Shown here: positions 10,735 to 21,165 of the stretch, piece after piece
Layout of the letters: the number at the start of each line of letters is the position of its first letter
Numbering within the stretch: position 1 is the stretch's first letter
Translations under genes and position numbers: made by a program
Assembly: GCA_000092065.1 (NCBI GenBank)
Contig: CP000584.1
Origin: Ostreococcus lucimarinus
Lineage: Eukaryota
Length of the DNA: 64,000 bases
Reading direction: 5' to 3' (one strand)
Notes under the pieces: generated by a model
Told to the model about the DNA's origin: nothing
Seen by the model: the letters and a program-made list of their open reading frames with translations, nothing else
Databases searched by the model: none

Positions 10735-12420
10735 ATGCGATGCCGACGCGCCGTCGCGCCGTCCGAGCCGCTCGCGGCGCGCGCGCGGCCTCGCGACGCG
10801 CGGCGCGCGGCCCGGCGACGCGCGACGCGCGCGCGCGCGTCGTCGACCGCGGTCGATCTCGATCGCGCGCTCGAGCGCGCGCGAGACGCGGTGAACGCGA
10901 ATGAGAATTTGGCGTACGGTTTGTGGGGACACGGGAAGCACCTCGGATTGCCCGCGAAATGGTACCTGCGCGTGGACGACGACGGGTTCGTGGAGGAGAC
11001 GATGAACGCGGAGCTGTGCTACGTGAGCGGACGAGCGAAAGGGCGCGCGGGTGGGTGCTGGGAGGTTGATTTCAGTGGGTACGCGCAGGCGCTGGAGCTG
11101 GACGACGCGGAGGCGTCGACGATGAGCGCGTGGACGCGAAGCGGATACTGGGCCACGCAGGAGTGCGTGAACGAACACTTAGAGCTGACGCTTCGTGACC
11201 GCACGGAAGAGGACGCGCGCGATGGGGTGGTGAGGATGGGGATGAAACTTCGCGGCGGGCGAGTGACGAGCGAGTTGACGCTCGACGCGACGGCGTGGAC
11301 GCCGAAGAAGCTCGCGGTGGCGGTGTGCGGTGACGAGGACTTGTGGACGTTCGATGATTGGACGACGAGTGCGTGCGGGGTGACGTACGCGCGAACGACG
11401 AAGCTGTACGGGGCGAACGGTGGGGTGCAGGAATTCATCGCCGACGGCGTCGCGTGGGGGCGCGGGAAGGAGGGGCGTAAGATTTTTGAGAAACCGACGA
11501 TCGCGACGCCGACGGTGACGGTCGATCCCGATTCGAGTTCGGAGGTGCCGGTCATTCGAGCGTCGTCGTCGCACGTGTTGGTTGAGCCGTTAATCGATGG
11601 TAAGAGCGCGGGACCGTTTATATTAGACACGGGCGCGAGCGGTTTAGTCATCACGCCAAAAGCCGCGAAAACGCTCGGTCTTCGCGCGTTCGGCGAAGTG
11701 CACGTCTCCGGGGTCTCCGGGCGCGTACCTTGTCAGTTTCGTCGGGGGAACAAACTCAAGCTCGGGCCACTGACGCTGCAGAAGCCGCTGTTCATGGAGA
11801 TGGGATTGGACGGCATCGTGAGCGGGGCGTCGAAACCCATCGCCGGAATAATCGGATTCGATGCCTTCAAAAGTGCAATTTTGAGTGTCTCGGAAGGAGG
11901 CGAGCGTGTTAATATTTACGACTCGAGGCAACTGAGTGCGATCGATGAGGACTGGGCGTGGCAGGAACTTCGACTCGTGTCCAACGTGCCGCACGTGGCC
12001 GCGACGTTCTCTGGCGTCAACGATGCGCACAAAACCGAACCAAACATTTTCATGATTGATAGTGGTGCAGGCGGCGCGGACGTGATTTTTCATTCCAAAG
12101 CGGTTGATGAGCTCGGTTTGAGCGATCTTCTCGACTCCGAAGGCAGAAGAGTTTCCAGTCGCGTGCGAGGCGTGAGCGGCGCTAACGGCGAGAGTGGCGG
12201 CGCCACGCTGACGTACCGTACGACGATGGAATGGCTGCAACTCGTCAGCGCCGATGCCAAGGGTGAGTGCGTGCGTTTTGAAAACATCGACACTTTATTA
12301 GCTTCGGGAGAGGGTTTCAGTCTCTCCGAGCACAGTTGTGGGATGATTTGCGCGAGATTATTAGGTAAGAAAACGATCGTCTACGACGTGCCTCGCCGGC
12401 GCATCGCCTTCATTGAATGA
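10735..12420 (+). CDS. single-chain tandem retropepsin-like aspartic peptidase (two D[TS]GA motifs) with organellar-like presequence
   Basis: ATG at 10735 followed by an R/A-rich presequence. Motifs ILDTGASGLVITPKAAKTLGL and FMIDSGAGGADVIFHSKAVDELGL lie about 145 aa apart. The 884-aa track ORF upstream of 10735 is rejected as coding. Confidence 0.5.
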   Translation: MRCRRAVAPSEPLAARARPRDARRAARRRATRARASSTAVDLDRALERARDAVNANENLAYGLWGHGKHLGLPAKWYLRVDDDGFVEETMNAELCYVSGRAKGRAGGCWEVDFSGYAQALELDDAEASTMSAWTRSGYWATQECVNEHLELTLRDRTEEDARDGVVRMGMKLRGGRVTSELTLDATAWTPKKLAVAVCGDEDLWTFDDWTTSACGVTYARTTKLYGANGGVQEFIADGVAWGRGKEGRKIFEKPTIATPTVTVDPDSSSEVPVIRASSSHVLVEPLIDGKSAGPFILDTGASGLVITPKAAKTLGLRAFGEVHVSGVSGRVPCQFRRGNKLKLGPLTLQKPLFMEMGLDGIVSGASKPIAGIIGFDAFKSAILSVSEGGERVNIYDSRQLSAIDEDWAWQELRLVSNVPHVAATFSGVNDAHKTEPNIFMIDSGAGGADVIFHSKAVDELGLSDLLDSEGRRVSSRVRGVSGANGESGGATLTYRTTMEWLQLVSADAKGECVRFENIDTLLASGEGFSLSEHSCGMICARLLGKKTIVYDVPRRRIAFIE

Positions 12421-12457
12421 AAAAATATAGCGTTTGTATTAATGAATCTCGACTATT

Positions 12458-13837
12458 TTAGACTTCAGGCACTTGCGGAAGATGCATTATCTTATCAACC
12501 GCCGTTTTCGCGTCCATGTGCCCGTCCAAGATGCTCGCCACCGCGGTGAGCACGGGCAAGTGCACTCGGTATCTCTTCGCTAATTGTACGACGGCAGCCG
12601 CCGTCGCGACACCCTCAGCCACTTGGTTCATGGACCCTAACACTTCTTCCAAGGTCTCGCCAGAGCCTAATCTCACACCAACTGTGCGGTTTCGGCTCAA
12701 GTTGACGAAACACGTGAGCATGATATCGCCGGTACCGCTCACGCCCGCGAGCGTCTCCGGTCGGGCGCCCATCTTCCCGGCGAGCCAGCGAATCTCAGCC
12801 ACGCCCTGCGCCACGAGCGCAGCCATGGCGTTGTTGCCGAGCTCCAACCCTTCGACAATACCCGCCGCGATCGCCAAGACATTCTTCATCGCGCCCGAAA
12901 GCTCGACACCGGTCACATCGGTGCTCGTGTTCACTCGAAGACACGACGACCCGAAGAGCTGTTGCACGCTTATCGCCAAACTTTCATCCTCGCTCGCGGC
13001 GACTATGGTCGTGGGCAACCCTTGCATCAGCTCCACCGCGAACGTCGGTCCAGAAAGCACCGCGAGCGGCTGATCGCGTCCCAATCCAGAGGGAATGATT
13101 TCGCTCATCATATCGCACGTCCCCGTCTCCAATCCTTTACTCAAGCACAGCATCGGCGTCTTGGGATCGATGTAATCCTTCACCCCCGCCAAAAACTTCC
13201 GCGATTGTTGCACCGGAACGGCGTGAATGATAAAGTCGCACCCCGCCAGCGCCTCCTTCGCGTCCGTGGACGCCCGTATGTTCACCGGCAGCGAGTACTT
13301 TGGCAAATACTTTACGTTTCTATGCTCCTCGTTCAACGCCCTCGCGTCGTCTTCGTTCCGCATCAATATCACGACGTCCAAATCCGCCTTATTCCTCGCC
13401 AACAGCGTCGCCATCGCCGTTCCAAAGCTCCCACCGCCCATGATCGCCACCTTCTTCGAGCTCTGCAGCACGCTCTCGTCGTTCGCGTGCGCGCTCTCCA
13501 CGAACGCCGCCCAGCGCATGATTTTATCCCACTCCGAGCCGATCGCCGCGCGATCCGCCTCGCTCACGCCCGCGCGGAACGCGTCGTACGCGCTCGCCGC
13601 CGTCGTCGTCCCGCGTCGCCGCGCCGCGCGCGCGTTCGCGCGCTCGCGCGTCGTCGTCGCCGTCGCCGTCGCGGATAGCGCGCGTCCCGCGCTCGTCGCC
13701 GTCGTCGTCGCGCGCGTCCTCGCGCGTCGCCGCGCCGGCGCGTCGCGTCGTCGCGCGCGTCCTCGCGCGTCCTCGCGCGTCGCCGCGCGCGCGCCGGCGC
13801 TCGAGCGCGTCGCCGTCGCCGTCGCCATGGTCGTCAC
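12458..13837 (-). CDS. NAD(P)+-dependent glycerol-3-phosphate dehydrogenase (GpsA-type), plastid-targeted
   Basis: KVAIMGGGSFGTAMATLLARNK NAD-binding motif and conserved GPDH core (LSGPTFAVEL, GLELGNNAMAALV). T/A/R-rich transit peptide. Confidence 0.85.
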   Translation of the reverse strand: MTTMATATATRSSAGARAATREDARGRARRRDAPARRRARTRATTTATSAGRALSATATATTTRERANARAARRRGTTTAASAYDAFRAGVSEADRAAIGSEWDKIMRWAAFVESAHANDESVLQSSKKVAIMGGGSFGTAMATLLARNKADLDVVILMRNEDDARALNEEHRNVKYLPKYSLPVNIRASTDAKEALAGCDFIIHAVPVQQSRKFLAGVKDYIDPKTPMLCLSKGLETGTCDMMSEIIPSGLGRDQPLAVLSGPTFAVELMQGLPTTIVAASEDESLAISVQQLFGSSCLRVNTSTDVTGVELSGAMKNVLAIAAGIVEGLELGNNAMAALVAQGVAEIRWLAGKMGARPETLAGVSGTGDIMLTCFVNLSRNRTVGVRLGSGETLEEVLGSMNQVAEGVATAAAVVQLAKRYRVHLPVLTAVASILDGHMDAKTAVDKIMHLPQVPEV

Positions 13838-13917
13838 GCGGTCGGTCGTCGCGCAGTGCCGCGACCGCGGTTCAAATTCGCGCGCGTCGTCGCCCGCACG
13901 GCGCGACGCACGCGCCC

Positions 13918-16284
13918 ATGCGCGCCGCGAACGCCGCCGCGCGGTCCCACGGATCGTGGACGACGCGCGCGCGACGCGACGCGCGCTCCAGCGCCGGAGG
14001 CGCGACGACGCGACGCGCGCGAGTCGCGATGCCGCGACCGCCAGCGCTGGCGACGACGACGACGACGCGCGAGGGACGCGCGACGCGCGACGCGACGCGG
14101 ACGAACGCGGTCGACAGCGCGAAGAGCGTCGACGTCGACGCGACGACGACGCGGGACGGCGCGGAGGCGATCGCGCGGGACGAGGGACTGCGAGGACACG
14201 AGGAACACTTGAAGTATCGGTACGCGACGTATCGAGCGCGGCGAGAGGCGATCGAAAGCGCGGAGGGATCGCTGGATGCGTTTTCGAAATCGTACGAAAA
14301 GTACGGGTTTAACGCGGATGAAAAGAGCGGGGAGATCACGTACCGGGAGTGGGCGCCGGCGGCGGCGCACTGCGCGTTGATCGGGGACTTTAACGGGTGG
14401 AACGGCGAGGCGACGGCGATGACGCGGGACGAGTACGGAACGTGGGAGGTGAAGCTGCCGAAGGGAGCGATCGAGCACGGATCTCGGGTGAAGGTGAGGA
14501 TTTTTACCGGGGATGGCGCGCAGATCGATCGCGTGCCGGCGTGGGTGCGCCGGGCGACGGTCGAGGAGGGAGTGATGGGCGCCGGATACGACGGCGTCTA
14601 CTGGGCGCCCGAGGAAAAGTACGAGTTCAAACACGCGGCGCCGAAAAAGCCGCAGGCGTCGCGAATTTACGAAGCGCACGTTGGGATGAGCTCGAACGAT
14701 GCCAAGGTGAACTCTTACCGCGAGTTCGCCGATGATGTTTTGCCGAGAATCGCCGCCGGTGGGTACAACACCGTGCAACTCATGGCGGTGATGGAGCACG
14801 CGTACTACGGATCCTTCGGCTACCACGTCACGAGTCCGTTCGCGGTGTCGTCGCGAAGCGGGACGCCTGAAGACTTGAAGTACTTGGTCGACAAGGCGCA
14901 CGGCTTGGGCGTGCGCGTGTTGCTCGATATCGTGCACTCGCACGCGTCGAGCAACGTCAATGACGGCATCGCCGGATTTGATTTCGGACAACGCGCCGAG
15001 GATTCGTACTTCGGTCAAGGCGAGGCTGGCTATCACTGGTTGTGGGACTCTCGCCTGTACAAGTACGACAACTGGGAAGTGTTGCGGTATTTGCTCTCGA
15101 ACTTACGCTACTGGGTCGACGAGTACAAATTGGACGGCTTCCGATTCGACGGCGTCACGTCGATGCTGTACCATCACCACGGATTACAAATGGAATTTTC
15201 CGGTGATTACGAACAATACTTTTCTACCGCCACGAACGTCGACGGTGTTGTGTACTTGATGCTCGCGAACGAGATGCTTCACTCGTTGTACCCTGAAATT
15301 GAAGTCATCGCGGAGGACGTGAGCGGCATGCCCACGTTGTGCTTGCCCGTCAACGAAGGCGGCGTCGGTTTCGACGCTCGTTTGGCCATGTCCATCCCCG
15401 ACTTTTGGGTGAAGTATCTGAAAGAACGCCCCGATGAGCAATGGAGCATGTTCGAAATGGTGAGCACGCTGTGCAACCGCCGTTACACCGAGAAGGCCAT
15501 CGCGTACGTCGAGTCGCACGATCAATCCATCGTCGGCGACAAGACGACGGCGTTTTGGTTGATGGATGCGGAAATGTACTCTGGTATGTCCACTTTGAAC
15601 GAACCATCCATCGTGATCCAACGCGGCATCGCGCTTCACAAGATGATGCGTCTCGTCACCGCTTCTCTCGGCGGTGAGGGCTACCTTACCTTCATGGGCA
15701 ACGAGTTCGGGCATCCCGAGTGGGTGGATTTCCCGCGCGAAGGCAACAACTGGAGCCACGACTACTGCCGCCGACGCTGGGACTTGGCCGACGCCGACCA
15801 CTTGCGTTACCAACACCTTCTCAAGTTCGACAAAGCCATGCTCGCGCTGGACAACGATTACCCGTACATGGGTGCCGCCCACCAACACGTGAGCACCGCC
15901 GACGACGGTCGCCAGATCCTCGTCTTCGAGCGCGGCGACCTCCTCTTCGTCTTCAACTTCCATCCCACGAACACGTACGAAGGGCTCGAGATCGGCGTCC
16001 CCGAGCAAGGCAAATACCGTCTCGCTCTCGATACCGACGCCGGTGAATTCGGCGGCGCCTCCCGATGCGGTTTCGGCGTCGATCACTTCACCTCGCCCGA
16101 GCCCGTCGAGAGCTGGGTCGGCCCGTACGAGCAAACGCCTCGCGCGGCGAAGATGTTCGTCTTATCGCCCAGTCGCAGCGCTCAGGTGTACTACCGCGTG
16201 CACGAGCACACGCCCGTATCTTCCGAGCCATCGACCGAGGATATCGTGCGCGAGAACGACGCCTCCGCCTCCAACGCGCGTTAG
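13918..16284 (+). CDS. SBE: 1,4-alpha-glucan (starch) branching enzyme
   Basis: GH13 branching-enzyme motifs YREWAPAA, DGFRFDGVTSMLYHHHG, FMGNEFGHPEW, HDQSIVGDKT. Transit peptide present. Confidence 0.9.
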   Translation: MRAANAAARSHGSWTTRARRDARSSAGGATTRRARVAMPRPPALATTTTTREGRATRDATRTNAVDSAKSVDVDATTTRDGAEAIARDEGLRGHEEHLKYRYATYRARREAIESAEGSLDAFSKSYEKYGFNADEKSGEITYREWAPAAAHCALIGDFNGWNGEATAMTRDEYGTWEVKLPKGAIEHGSRVKVRIFTGDGAQIDRVPAWVRRATVEEGVMGAGYDGVYWAPEEKYEFKHAAPKKPQASRIYEAHVGMSSNDAKVNSYREFADDVLPRIAAGGYNTVQLMAVMEHAYYGSFGYHVTSPFAVSSRSGTPEDLKYLVDKAHGLGVRVLLDIVHSHASSNVNDGIAGFDFGQRAEDSYFGQGEAGYHWLWDSRLYKYDNWEVLRYLLSNLRYWVDEYKLDGFRFDGVTSMLYHHHGLQMEFSGDYEQYFSTATNVDGVVYLMLANEMLHSLYPEIEVIAEDVSGMPTLCLPVNEGGVGFDARLAMSIPDFWVKYLKERPDEQWSMFEMVSTLCNRRYTEKAIAYVESHDQSIVGDKTTAFWLMDAEMYSGMSTLNEPSIVIQRGIALHKMMRLVTASLGGEGYLTFMGNEFGHPEWVDFPREGNNWSHDYCRRRWDLADADHLRYQHLLKFDKAMLALDNDYPYMGAAHQHVSTADDGRQILVFERGDLLFVFNFHPTNTYEGLEIGVPEQGKYRLALDTDAGEFGGASRCGFGVDHFTSPEPVESWVGPYEQTPRAAKMFVLSPSRSAQVYYRVHEHTPVSSEPSTEDIVRENDASASNAR

Positions 16285-16408
16285 CTTTAGAGACGTTGCG
16301 ACGTTGCGACCCTAAACCGCCGCCCGCGCCCCGCGAATCCCTCCACCATTCGTCGCGCGCTCGCGTCACACGCCCGCGCGCGCTCGCGGCGCGAGCCACC
16401 ACGCGCCG

Positions 16409-18307
16409 ATGCGCGCGCCCCTCGCGCTCTCCCTCGCGCTCCTCGCGCTCGTCGCCGCGCGCGTCGACGCCGCGTCGTCGGATCGCGCCGCGCCGACCGC
16501 GCTCCCGACGGCGACGCTCGATGATTTACTCCGCGCCCGCGCCGACGACGTCGTTCGATCGGCGTTCATCGGCGCGAACGCCCCGGGAGCGATGGTCGTG
16601 CGCGAGATCGGCGCGACGTACGCCGAGGCGCGACGACGAGGGCTGGACGCGTTCGCGGCGTGCGCGAGACGAAGCGGCGGACGAGGGAAGACGCTCGGAC
16701 GAAGCGAGGGATGGGAAAAGGCGCACGATGGCGCCGTGCGAACGACGATCGCGAGCTTGGCGAAGGAAAGGCTGAAAATGGACGTCGATGACGATTGCGG
16801 GGGGTCGGCGGTGATGCGGGGAGACTTGGAGATTGTTCGAGACGGGGCGGACGCGGCGGCGCGCGCGGCGCTGGGGCGGTTGGACGCGGCGTTTCATAAC
16901 GCCACGCGCGGGTTCTTCGAGCGGAGCGCGCGATCAGATATGAGTTTGGATAACTTTCACGCGTACGGGGCGCCGAACGTCGGGCGCGCGGAGGGTGAGA
17001 TTGAGGAGGAATTGGATGTCGAAGGGAAGCACGCGCACACGGACGTCGGCGTCGCAATCGTGATGACGCCCGCGTTGCTTCGCGGGGAGAAACCCGGGAC
17101 GGGCGGATCTAGAGGCTTATTTATCGGTGATATCGAACCGGACGTGCCGGACGACGGGATGATCGTCATGTTAGGCGAGGCTGCGCGGGCGTGGGTGCCG
17201 GGATTGAGCGCGGAGTTGCGAAGTTTGATTAAAGTGCCCACGCACACGATGCGCCTCACGGGCGAGCGTGCGTGGTTCGGTAGAATGGTTCTTCCGGAAT
17301 CCTCGCTCGCGCATCCTGAGGGTGAAATGACTTTTGGCGCCTGGCACGCCGGCGCGATCGAAGCGGCGATGGAATCGAATGACAGAGCGGAGAACGAGCG
17401 TTGGGCCGCCGTCGCGTGCCCGTCGCCGGCGGTGGACGAGTCCGGTTTGGCCACGTCGCGCAGACGTATTCTATCCGATGACAACACGTGCCCGGCGGGC
17501 AAAATTTATTGTTGGCTCACGTGCGTCGACGCCCCCGCGGCGTGCGCAGATACGAGTAGCGCCAGCCATGCGGTGTGCATCGACACCGCGACTGGGAACC
17601 CGTGGGTGAACGCGGCGGGCAATCACTGTGGCACGTGCGCGGCGCAGTGCCCTGGGTCAAATATCACCGCACCGACGGGAATGTGTAACACGCGCATTGC
17701 GCCGACGACGATGTACATGGATGGCTTCAAGCTCAACGGCGGCGGCGCTTCGCAGCCCTGCGTGGCGCTTTTGTTCAAAAGCTGGTCATTGCACACCCCC
17801 GCGTTGCTCGCGCTCGGCTTCTTCGCCACCGTCGCGATGGGGATGTCCATCGAGGCCTTAGCGTCACTTCGACGCAACTTACAAAATCCCGGCTTCTGCA
17901 ACTGCCACAACATCCCCACCTCCAAATCGCGCGCGTACGCCGTCGCGCTGTACGCCGTACAAATCACCCTCGGTTATCTCTTAATGCTCGTCTCCATGAC
18001 GTACCATTTCGTCCTCTTCTCCGCCGTCATCGTCGGTCTCCTCATCGGCCACATCGTCTTCGGCGCCAAAGCCCCAGTCGCCGCCAACACCACCGCGTGC
18101 TGTTCTTTCGCCTCTCCCAGCGACAAGCAAGACTGTCCCGGCTGCGCGCCGACGCCCGGCGTCGACGCCGACCCGCTCCCTTCGTGTTGCGCCGCGCGCG
18201 CCGCCGAGTCGCGCGGCTCGCCCGCGAGTTCCGACAGCGGCGACGCCCTTCGCGCGCCCTTGACTCGTCTCCGCCGCGTCCTCACGGGCGTCGCCAGCAA
18301 CGTGTAA
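16409..18307 (+). CDS. CTR-family copper transporter with large Cys-rich N-terminal ectodomain and signal peptide
   Basis: Signal peptide MRAPLALSLALLALVAARVDA. C-terminal three-TM domain with MxxxM (MLVSM) and GxxxG (GLLIG) Ctr hallmarks. Cys-rich tail CCSFASPSDKQDCPGC...SCCAARA. Confidence 0.7.
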   Translation: MRAPLALSLALLALVAARVDAASSDRAAPTALPTATLDDLLRARADDVVRSAFIGANAPGAMVVREIGATYAEARRRGLDAFAACARRSGGRGKTLGRSEGWEKAHDGAVRTTIASLAKERLKMDVDDDCGGSAVMRGDLEIVRDGADAAARAALGRLDAAFHNATRGFFERSARSDMSLDNFHAYGAPNVGRAEGEIEEELDVEGKHAHTDVGVAIVMTPALLRGEKPGTGGSRGLFIGDIEPDVPDDGMIVMLGEAARAWVPGLSAELRSLIKVPTHTMRLTGERAWFGRMVLPESSLAHPEGEMTFGAWHAGAIEAAMESNDRAENERWAAVACPSPAVDESGLATSRRRILSDDNTCPAGKIYCWLTCVDAPAACADTSSASHAVCIDTATGNPWVNAAGNHCGTCAAQCPGSNITAPTGMCNTRIAPTTMYMDGFKLNGGGASQPCVALLFKSWSLHTPALLALGFFATVAMGMSIEALASLRRNLQNPGFCNCHNIPTSKSRAYAVALYAVQITLGYLLMLVSMTYHFVLFSAVIVGLLIGHIVFGAKAPVAANTTACCSFASPSDKQDCPGCAPTPGVDADPLPSCCAARAAESRGSPASSDSGDALRAPLTRLRRVLTGVASNV

Positions 18308-18773
18308 TTCGACCCTCTCTCGAGCGCGCGCGCCGAAAAAAACGCACCACCCTCAACGCGCTAGGTCAGCGCCGGTCGCCAATCGTCACTCCTCGGCGCG
18401 CGCTCGCGGGCCTCTCGGCCGTCGACGCGCTCGTCGCGCGCGCGGGCGGCGCGTGGGCGGCGGCGACGTCATGACCGACGTGTTCCCGCGCGCGCACGAC
18501 GCGCGCGGGAGCGAAAACGACGAGGTGCGACGCGGCGAGAGACGCGCGACGCGTGCGCGATGGCGATGGGAAAACGCGTCACGACGACGTTCGCGAGCGG
18601 TGAAGGGCGCGAAATGCGCGCGAACGCGCGGAAAACGCGCGAAAACGAAGAAGGGGGGACTCTCGCGCGATGCGCGCGCGACGGGGAGGCGGCGAGGCCG
18701 GCGCGCGGGCGCGACGTGGATTTTGAGTGAATGCGCGGACTGACGAACGCGCGCGAGCGAACAGGCGCCGGCG

Positions 18774-20417
18774 ATGCCGATGCCGAAGAGACGGATTCAA
18801 GCGCGCTACCGACGATCTGGCGCGTCTTTTTCGGTGCAAGATCGTGATTTAGTCGCGGCGCTGGAGAATATTAAGAATACGCGCGCGACCGCGTCGTACG
18901 GGAACGCGAACGCGTACTCGAGCGCGACGGCGAGCGGCGTGCACGCGGACGTGCCGACGGCGCTCGGGGTGTACGTCAAGGGCTTGGCGCATACCGTCGG
19001 GTTTAAGGATTCGCTGCAGAATGAACCGGATGCTGAAGAAGTGCCGGTGCCGGAGCAGCCGAAGACGCTGACGCTCGAGCACGTGTACGACGCGTTCACG
19101 GTGGAGACCATCCCGTCGCGAAGGCTGGTCGACGTGCACGCGCGCGCCGCGGAGCTCGTCGAAAAGCATTCTCTCGAGGAAAACTTTTGCATCGTCGACT
19201 TGGCCACGGTGAAGGCGCTTTACGATTACCACAAAGCGAAGCTTCCGCGTGTGCGGCCGCATTTCGCCGTCAAGTGCTTGCCCGACCGCGGCATCATCTC
19301 CACCCTCGCCGCGTTGGGCGCCGGTTTCGACTGCGCGTCTCAAGGCGAAGTTGAGTTGGTTACTGGTCTCGGTGTGCCTTCTGAACGCATTATCCTCGCA
19401 CACCCCGTGAAGCGGCCGTGCGATTTGCGCTGCATCGCCGAGTACGAGGTGCCGTACACCACCTTTGACTCTGTGTCCGAGTTGCACAAGATTCTCGCGT
19501 CCAAGGTCAAGGTGAAGCTCATCTTGCGAATTCGCGCTGATGATCCCATGGCGCGTCTTCCGCTCGGAGCCAAGTACGGCGCGCCACTTGACAAGGTCTC
19601 AGAGCTTCTTTCTGTCGCCGCGTTGCTCAACTTGGACGTCGCCGGCGTTTCGTTTCACGTCGGTTCTTCCTCGCGCAATCCGGACGCCTACCGCAACGCC
19701 ATTCAGTTTGCGAGGAAAATCTTCGACGAAGCGAAAGAGATAGGTTTCAACATGCACCTCTTGGATATCGGCGGTGGTTTCACCGGTTCGTTCGACGCCA
19801 ACGGCAACGTCACCGAAGCGCCATCCAACTTTGATCGCGTTCGAGACGCTCTCGATGAAATTTTTCCCGACGACGGAACGTTTGAAGGTTTGCAAATCAT
19901 CGACGAGCCCGGTCGCTACTTCGCGCAAGCTCCGGTCACGATGGCGTGCCTCGTATACGGTACGCGCGAAGGGACGAACGATGCAGGTGAGCGTCACATG
20001 GATTACTACATCACCGACGGCTTGTACGGCTCGTTCAACGGCATCATCTATGACGGTCTCGACTTGCCGACGTACTTCTTGCAACCGAACAAGGTTGCCC
20101 CGCTCGCTGGAATCGATAACGATTTCGACAAGATTAAGATTTCGTCCACCGTGTACGGGCCGACCTGCGATTCGCTCGATTGCGTCATGCGAAACATTCC
20201 TCTGCCGGAGCTGTCCAACGGTGACTGGCTCATGTTCCCAGATGCCGGAGCTTACACCATGGCTGGTGCGTGCGATTTCAACGGTATCCTGTGCTCGAAA
20301 TATCTTTGCTTCTACGTGAGTAGCGAAAAGATGACGAGCACGGCGACGGAGAAAGAGCTCTCAGATTTGGTTTACGCAAACGATCGACCGGCGTGCACGC
20401 TCGTTCAAAACCGCTGA
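18774..20417 (+). CDS. ODC: ornithine decarboxylase (PLP-dependent Orn/DAP/Arg decarboxylase family 2)
   Basis: HFAVKCLPDRGIISTLAALGAGFDCASQGE (PLP lysine motif), GGGF, and the GPTCDSLD substrate-Cys motif. Confidence 0.85.
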   Translation: MPMPKRRIQARYRRSGASFSVQDRDLVAALENIKNTRATASYGNANAYSSATASGVHADVPTALGVYVKGLAHTVGFKDSLQNEPDAEEVPVPEQPKTLTLEHVYDAFTVETIPSRRLVDVHARAAELVEKHSLEENFCIVDLATVKALYDYHKAKLPRVRPHFAVKCLPDRGIISTLAALGAGFDCASQGEVELVTGLGVPSERIILAHPVKRPCDLRCIAEYEVPYTTFDSVSELHKILASKVKVKLILRIRADDPMARLPLGAKYGAPLDKVSELLSVAALLNLDVAGVSFHVGSSSRNPDAYRNAIQFARKIFDEAKEIGFNMHLLDIGGGFTGSFDANGNVTEAPSNFDRVRDALDEIFPDDGTFEGLQIIDEPGRYFAQAPVTMACLVYGTREGTNDAGERHMDYYITDGLYGSFNGIIYDGLDLPTYFLQPNKVAPLAGIDNDFDKIKISSTVYGPTCDSLDCVMRNIPLPELSNGDWLMFPDAGAYTMAGACDFNGILCSKYLCFYVSSEKMTSTATEKELSDLVYANDRPACTLVQNR

Positions 20418-20419
20418 GC

Positions 20420-20740
20420 GCGGGGACTGAGCCGACCATTCAATTTCCTATGTCCAAACGACAAATTCAACACAATCAATTTTGTTCGAACAAACATAAT
20501 CCAACCTTTGCTTCTTCAGAAGCGAGTCGAGAATGACCGTGGTAGCAGTTCGTCAAGAAGACGAATGCGGACGACATCGATTCCAAGTCGAGCTTCATGG
20601 TCGAGACACATTGTCTCGGGATGCGTCCTGTACAATATTAACAACATGCGATAGATCACACACATAGATGGTGCCACACTGTAAGCTGATCCTCAATATA
20701 TCATCAACCTGACATCGTCGAAAGCGCGCCGCGTCCCGAT
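20420..20740. promoter_or_regulatory. AT-rich intergenic island (ODC 3' flank / ROMO1 5' flank)
   Basis: Local GC drops well below the window average (e.g. ccaaacgacaaattcaacacaatcaattttgttcgaacaaacataatcc). Confidence 0.3.
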
Positions 20741-20940
20741 TTGTCCCGATTCTTCTTTGCTCCAGGCGCGCGCGTGCTCGCGGCAGTCCTCGTCGTGCGA
20801 GCCGTGTCGTCGCGCGCGGACGCCGCGTTCACGAGTTCACGTCATCGCACGCGCGCGCGCGCGTTCGTTCGTCCTTCGACGTCGCGCACCGCCGCGTGTA
20901 ACGTTTCTTTAGCGCCGATTCAATCCAACAATCCTTCGCC

Positions 20941-21165
20941 ATGGCGCTGGATAATCGGTGCTTAAACCGCGTCACCACGGGCGCCGCGCTCGGCGCCGCC
21001 GTGGGCGGCGCCGTGGGGGCGTGTTACGGCACGTACGAGGCGTTCGCGTACAAGGTGCCGGGAATGCTCAAGGTGCGACACATCGGAAGGGCGACGGTGG
21101 GGTCGAGCGCGCTCTTCGGGCTCTTCCTGAGCGCCGGGTCGTTGCTGCAGTGCGGCCGACGATGA
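20941..21165 (+). CDS. ROMO1/Mgr2-family small mitochondrial membrane protein
   Basis: 74-aa ATG ORF MALDNRCLNRVTTGAALGAAVGGAVGACYGTYEAF...GSSALFGLFLSAGSLLQCG with the Gly-rich two-helix architecture of ROMO1/Mgr2. Confidence 0.6.
   Translation: MALDNRCLNRVTTGAALGAAVGGAVGACYGTYEAFAYKVPGMLKVRHIGRATVGSSALFGLFLSAGSLLQCGRR

Noticed and set aside
10735-12420. Retrotransposon (Ty3/gypsy-type) origin for the DTGAS-containing protein
   Set aside because: No reverse transcriptase, RNase H, integrase, gag-like zinc knuckles or LTR-like direct repeats nearby. The gene has a targeting presequence and sits between normal host genes.
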